From Candidatus Electronema aureum (GTDB lineage Bacteria > Desulfobacterota > Desulfobulbia > Desulfobulbales > Desulfobulbaceae): a stretch of DNA of 32,000 nucleotides. Positions within the stretch are counted from its first letter, which is position 1. Each line of letters begins with the position of its first letter. This document shows, in pieces, positions 26,608 through 32,000 of the stretch. The notes below the pieces were generated by a model. That model was given only the letters and a program-made list of their open reading frames with translations, was not told the origin of the DNA and did not search any database. Where the stretch lies: the NCBI GenBank assembly GCA_004284765.1, contig NQJD01000008.1, positions 30,001 through 62,000 on the forward strand, written 5' to 3'. The position numbers were made by a program, and so were the translations under genes.

Positions 26608-26664
26608 AGCGGAACTGTCTGCGTCCAAAGCACAACTCTATATAACTTCAGCAAGCGGAAAGGC

Positions 26665-29184
<2,520 letters not shown>

Positions 29185-29195
29185 TACCCGCCGCT

Positions 29196-29226
29196 GTATG
29201 GGCGGTTCGCCGCGAACCGCCCATAC
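29196..29226. terminator. 14-bp perfect GC-rich hairpin between the convergent gyrA and the 29250-29561 gene
   Basis: GTATGGGCGGTTCG - CCG - CGAACCGCCCATAC. There is no clear U-tract on either strand. Confidence 0.4.
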
Positions 29227-29249
29227 GCCCCGCAACCGGGAGATGCCGC

Positions 29250-29561
29250 TCAAAGCATTCCCGCCTCGTCGCAGTCAGGGCCTGTCAGACACTCCACCCA
29301 GCGCACGCGCCCGGCCTTGGGGCCGTCTGCCTTGTCCAGCTCTTTGTCCCGCCGTGCGCATTCTTCCGTCCGCACTGTCTCCCGTTCCGCTTCACCCTCA
29401 AACTTCAGCATCCTGCCGACAAAAGCCTCAGCCCGCTGCGCTGTCACGCAGTTCGCATAGCCTGATTTCTCCATCGGATTCATGCCGAGGACAAAGAACA
29501 TGAACAGCGCCATCCCTGCGGCCAGCACCAGAACAATTCCTGCGGTCTTCAAGAGTTTCAT
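29250..29561 (-). CDS. hypothetical single-TM protein with four Cys in the soluble part
   Basis: The N-terminal anchor is MKLLKTAGIVLVLAAGMALFMFFVL. It lies 23 nt downstream of the SLATT-like gene on the same strand. Confidence 0.5.
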   Translation of the reverse strand: MKLLKTAGIVLVLAAGMALFMFFVLGMNPMEKSGYANCVTAQRAEAFVGRMLKFEGEAERETVRTEECARRDKELDKADGPKAGRVRWVECLTGPDCDEAGML

Positions 29562-29584
29562 AGCATCTCAGCTTTAGTTGAATG

Positions 29585-30124
29585 TTATGCGCCGCTGTCT
29601 CGCTTTTGCTCTGCGACGTTCCCGGTGTCCTTCGGGGCAGCTTGGTTCTCAGTATCTGTCTTGACGGTCTGGCTCCACTTCTGACTGGATGCGCTGAGAA
29701 CAGCTTGCAGCTGGGCGAAACATTCGTCAAGCTGATCATTAGTAAGACCATCCGGCCCGCAGTATTCGAGTTTGCGGCGCATGTCGCAGAGCATATGGAA
29801 GATTCTCCGCTCAAGCATCCACAGTTCGGACGGCTTGTGGATAGTTTCCACAGCGACGACGACATTGGCTGCGGTCGTGACAGCAACGATGGCGAAACCG
29901 ACAGCGTCATGGTGGTCGGGGAGAACAAGGCTCGCGCTGCCAAGGACAGTGGCCAGAGCTGTCAGTCCTAAAGCGGCGTAGTGGAGCCAACGGTACAGAC
30001 GCTTGTGACCCGTGGACTCATTGCCAAAATGAGTGATCTCTTTCTCGATCTGACAGAGCAGACGCTTGCGCTTGTCAGTTATGCTGCCGCAGTCTTCGCT
30101 GTCTTTACAGTCTTTCTTTTCCAT
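29585..30124 (-). CDS. two-TM protein, SLATT/DUF4231-like (tentative)
   Basis: The ATG at 30124 has GAGAGGGGG 7 nt upstream and lies downstream of the predicted promoter. A TM hairpin (WLHYAALGLTALATVLGSASLVL / VGFAIVAVTTAANVVVAVETI) is followed by an ELWMLERRIFHMLCDMRRKLEY helix. Confidence 0.55.
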   Translation of the reverse strand: MEKKDCKDSEDCGSITDKRKRLLCQIEKEITHFGNESTGHKRLYRWLHYAALGLTALATVLGSASLVLPDHHDAVGFAIVAVTTAANVVVAVETIHKPSELWMLERRIFHMLCDMRRKLEYCGPDGLTNDQLDECFAQLQAVLSASSQKWSQTVKTDTENQAAPKDTGNVAEQKRDSGA

Positions 30125-30145
30125 GTCGTCGCCCCCTCTCGTTTC

Positions 30146-30173
30146 ATTATCACTCAAGACCGGCTGTTGTCAA
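30146..30173 (-). promoter_or_regulatory. sigma70-type promoter for the SLATT-like operon
   Basis: On the minus strand: TTGACA (30173-30168), a 16-nt spacer, then GATAAT (30151-30146). Confidence 0.5.
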
Positions 30174-30253
30174 ACTGAATCCTCAGCAGAGACGATGGTT
30201 GCCCGACCTGAGCAGGCGGTTCTGTCCCCAGCAGCCCGCAGGCACCCTCTGCC

Positions 30254-30364
30254 GGAGACACTACGGTGTCTCCAGTGGAGATACTAGGGTCACTCAGGGG
30301 GAGACACTATAGTGTCTCGGTGGGAGATACCGTAGTGTCTCTGACGGAGATACCATAGTGTCTC
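30254..30364. repeat. 5 x 23-bp tandem palindromic operator-like units, GGAGAYAC-N4-GTGTCTC
   Basis: Units start at 30254, 30277, 30300, 30323 and 30346, an exact 23-bp period. The centres are TACG, TAGG, TATA, CGTA and CATA. Unit 2 has a degenerate right arm, GTCACTC. Confidence 0.9.
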
Positions 30365-30372
30365 TTTTTGCG

Positions 30373-30386
30373 TCTCCAGCTGGAGA
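30373..30386. promoter_or_regulatory. 14-bp perfect palindrome TCTCCAGCTGGAGA next to the array
   Basis: It is built from the outer part of the array half-site (GGAGA / TCTCC) in the opposite relative orientation. Confidence 0.6.
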
Positions 30387-30427
30387 GGTTGGGGGACAGA
30401 TCCACTCTCGCCAGCCCGTTTTTCCAG

Positions 30428-30456
30428 TTGACAAAGACAGATATGCTGAGTAATAA
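30428..30456 (+). promoter_or_regulatory. sigma70-type promoter for the 2TM-TPR / caspase-like operon
   Basis: TTGACA (30428-30433), a 17-nt spacer, then TAATAA (30451-30456). Confidence 0.45.
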
Positions 30457-30511
30457 ATGTCTTTTCAGCTGTCATGCGCTGTATGTCATAATGAAAGATC
30501 ACTGAGGCGTT

Positions 30512-31201
30512 ATGGATCATCTCGTAGTAGTGGGGTTTCTCGTCTATGCGGCACTGTTTCGCTTGGCGATTATCGCCACAGGCGTTGCAGCTATCGTCCT
30601 CGGATACAAGCTGTTCTTGCGCGGCGTAATGGGCGAAGGCGGGACAAACGTCAACGCTGAGGCAGGGCCGATCAAGTTGACGCTTCATAACGCCGGGCCA
30701 GGCGGAGTCTTTGCGCTGTTCGGCGCGGGTATTATCATAGTCATGCTTTCGCAGGGCAGCCCGGAACTCTTGATGAAGGATATGTCTCAGCTGACTGTAT
30801 CTCCTCCTGATATGAACCAAAAGCCTGCGCATCAACAAGCATCTCAGCCTGAAAAAAGAGATGTGAGTACTGCTCTTCAAATACGCGGCGAAAATAACGA
30901 TGACAAAGAGTGGAGCAAGCTAAATGAAAATGTAACCATGTCTGAAGCAGCAGAACCGTTGAGCAGCATTGCTCGTGTTTGGCTACAAGAAAAACGTACA
31001 GGTGAAGCTGTGGCAATGGCAAGATTGGCAGCATTTTATGGTTCGGAGAAGGATAAAGCAAACTATCATGCGCTGCTCGGTGAAGCGCTTTTTGAAAATG
31101 GCGATAAACAGAATGCTGTTAGTGCAATGCAAAAGGCGGCAGAGCGCGATCCACTTTATCGTGCGGCTTTAGCTCGAATGCAAGAACGTTTAGCAGAATG
31201 A
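30512..31201 (+). CDS. membrane protein with two TM segments and a TPR-like C-terminal region
   Basis: The hydrophobic segments are VVVGFLVYAALFRLAIIATGVAAIVLGY and GGVFALFGAGIIIVML. The C-terminal ALLGEALFENGDKQNAVSAMQKAAERDP fits the TPR consensus. Confidence 0.65.
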   Translation: MDHLVVVGFLVYAALFRLAIIATGVAAIVLGYKLFLRGVMGEGGTNVNAEAGPIKLTLHNAGPGGVFALFGAGIIIVMLSQGSPELLMKDMSQLTVSPPDMNQKPAHQQASQPEKRDVSTALQIRGENNDDKEWSKLNENVTMSEAAEPLSSIARVWLQEKRTGEAVAMARLAAFYGSEKDKANYHALLGEALFENGDKQNAVSAMQKAAERDPLYRAALARMQERLAE

Positions 31202-31215
31202 GAGGATTAGAGAAA

Positions 31216-32000
31216 ATGGGTTGGTATAAGCAAAGGCAAGTCTTGTCGGTTCGGCTCGTGCTGCTTTTCGTTTTCCTTATGACAACAGCGGCAGTAAAAG
31301 AAGAGGCTGTCGCATCAAGTTTTGGTCGCTATCATGCTGTGGTGATTGGAAACCAAAACTATCAATATCTTGAGAAGTTGAACACACCTCTGAACGATGC
31401 ACGGGATATTGCACGGATATTGGAACAGCAGTACGATTTCAACGTGACGTTATTGCTGGATAAGAAGCGCGACGAGACAATGCGTTCCTTGTCAGAATTG
31501 CGTAGAACTATGGCCAAAGAAGATAATTTACTTATCTATTATGCTGGTCATGGAATTTTAGATGAAGATACTGATGTCGGCTACTGGCAGCCGATTGATG
31601 CTGACGATAGTGTTGTTAATTGGATTCCCTTTACTGATCTGATCACCTTGCTCAAAGGTCTTCAGGCGAACCATATTTTAGTAATTGCGGATTCCTGCTT
31701 CGCCGGTGCTCTTCAGATGACCAGAAACTCTGGGGCGGCTCTTGATTACGGCTCAGAGAGTTGGTTGCGTCGAATGCGTGAAAAGAAATCACGTACTGCT
31801 CTCACATCAGGCGGGATCGAAGATGTACTTGATGGAGGAGGTGGCAATCACTCGATTTTTGCAAAGGCTATCATTGATACATTACGAGAGAATAATACGA
31901 TATTGGATGGGCAAAGTCTATTTGATCAGGTCAAGCTGTTAGTTGTTAACAAGGCTGCTCAAACTCCAAACTATGATCCTATACGACTGACTGGCCACGA
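31216..32000 (+). CDS. caspase-fold (peptidase C14) protein with an N-terminal signal/anchor, 3' end outside window
   Basis: It is not in the ORF track because there is no stop before the window end. I translated it by hand and found no stop in 261 codons. Motifs are HAVVIGNQNYQYLEKLNTPLNDARDIA, YYAGHG (catalytic His) and LVIADSCFAG (catalytic Cys). The N-terminus is VLSVRLVLLFVFLMTTAAV. Confidence 0.85.
   Translation, partial: MGWYKQRQVLSVRLVLLFVFLMTTAAVKEEAVASSFGRYHAVVIGNQNYQYLEKLNTPLNDARDIARILEQQYDFNVTLLLDKKRDETMRSLSELRRTMAKEDNLLIYYAGHGILDEDTDVGYWQPIDADDSVVNWIPFTDLITLLKGLQANHILVIADSCFAGALQMTRNSGAALDYGSESWLRRMREKKSRTALTSGGIEDVLDGGGGNHSIFAKAIIDTLRENNTILDGQSLFDQVKLLVVNKAAQTPNYDPIRLTGH

Noticed and set aside
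30254-30364. Type III toxin-antitoxin (ToxI-like repeat RNA) or plasmid iteron/origin interpretation of the 23-bp array
   Set aside because: The predicted promoters for both flanking operons lie outside the array and fire away from it, so it would not be co-transcribed with either gene. The flanking proteins are membrane proteins, not ToxN/AbiQ-like RNases. No Rep gene, DnaA boxes or AT-rich unwinding region accompany it. I cannot fully exclude transcription without data.
30290-30880. 196-codon minus-strand ORF spanning the palindrome array and the start of the 2TM-TPR gene
   Set aside because: It runs through the predicted plus-strand promoter and through four of the five repeat units. Its composition is Arg/His/Cys-rich and it overlaps a better-supported gene. 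It is most likely spurious.
30512-31201. Gasdermin-like pore protein upstream of a caspase-like protease
   Set aside because: The gene order is suggestive, but the protein starts with clear TM helices and ends in a TPR-like repeat. This does not resemble the soluble, autoinhibited bacterial gasdermin layout, and no sequence feature supports it.

Overview
Chromosomal segment of a Gram-negative bacterium. Lipid A genes with lpxI, an ole-type pair and a hemerythrin suggest a Desulfobacterota-like organism, but that is a guess I cannot verify here. The housekeeping backbone is gpmI (3' end), thrC, fabZ-lpxA-lpxI, a fused sugar oxidoreductase/N-acetyltransferase, a GT4 glycosyltransferase, ddl, an oleA/oleB-like pair, a UbiD-family decarboxylase, rluB, an ihfB-like gene, rimO, gyrB and gyrA. 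No rRNA, tRNA or CRISPR array was seen. Several visibly AT-richer accessory patches interrupt this backbone. (1) 606-2111 holds an orphan membrane protein and a SEC-C-motif protein. (2) 12521-14448 is a turnover hot spot with a truncated methyltransferase remnant, a DUF4365-like nuclease-fold gene, a 63-bp duplication of the ubiD 5' end and a brnT/brnA module. (3) 16227-17587 holds mntA/hepT plus poorly explained sequence. (4) 23318-26664 is a 3.3-kb insert splitting gyrB from gyrA. It contains eleven ~21-bp T-tract/A-tract dyad repeats, a lipoprotein, two tandem Rpn/PD-(D/E)XK nuclease genes and a hemerythrin. (5) 29250-32000 is a divergent locus. A SLATT-like two-TM protein and a small membrane protein face a 2TM/TPR protein and a secreted caspase-fold protease, with a perfectly phased 5 x 23-bp palindrome array between them. 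gyrB also carries a 181-codon mini-intein in the Toprim EGDSAGG/SAKQGR motif. The divergent SLATT-like/caspase-like locus and the DUF4365 hot spot are my best candidates for an undescribed system. Neither can be proven from sequence alone.
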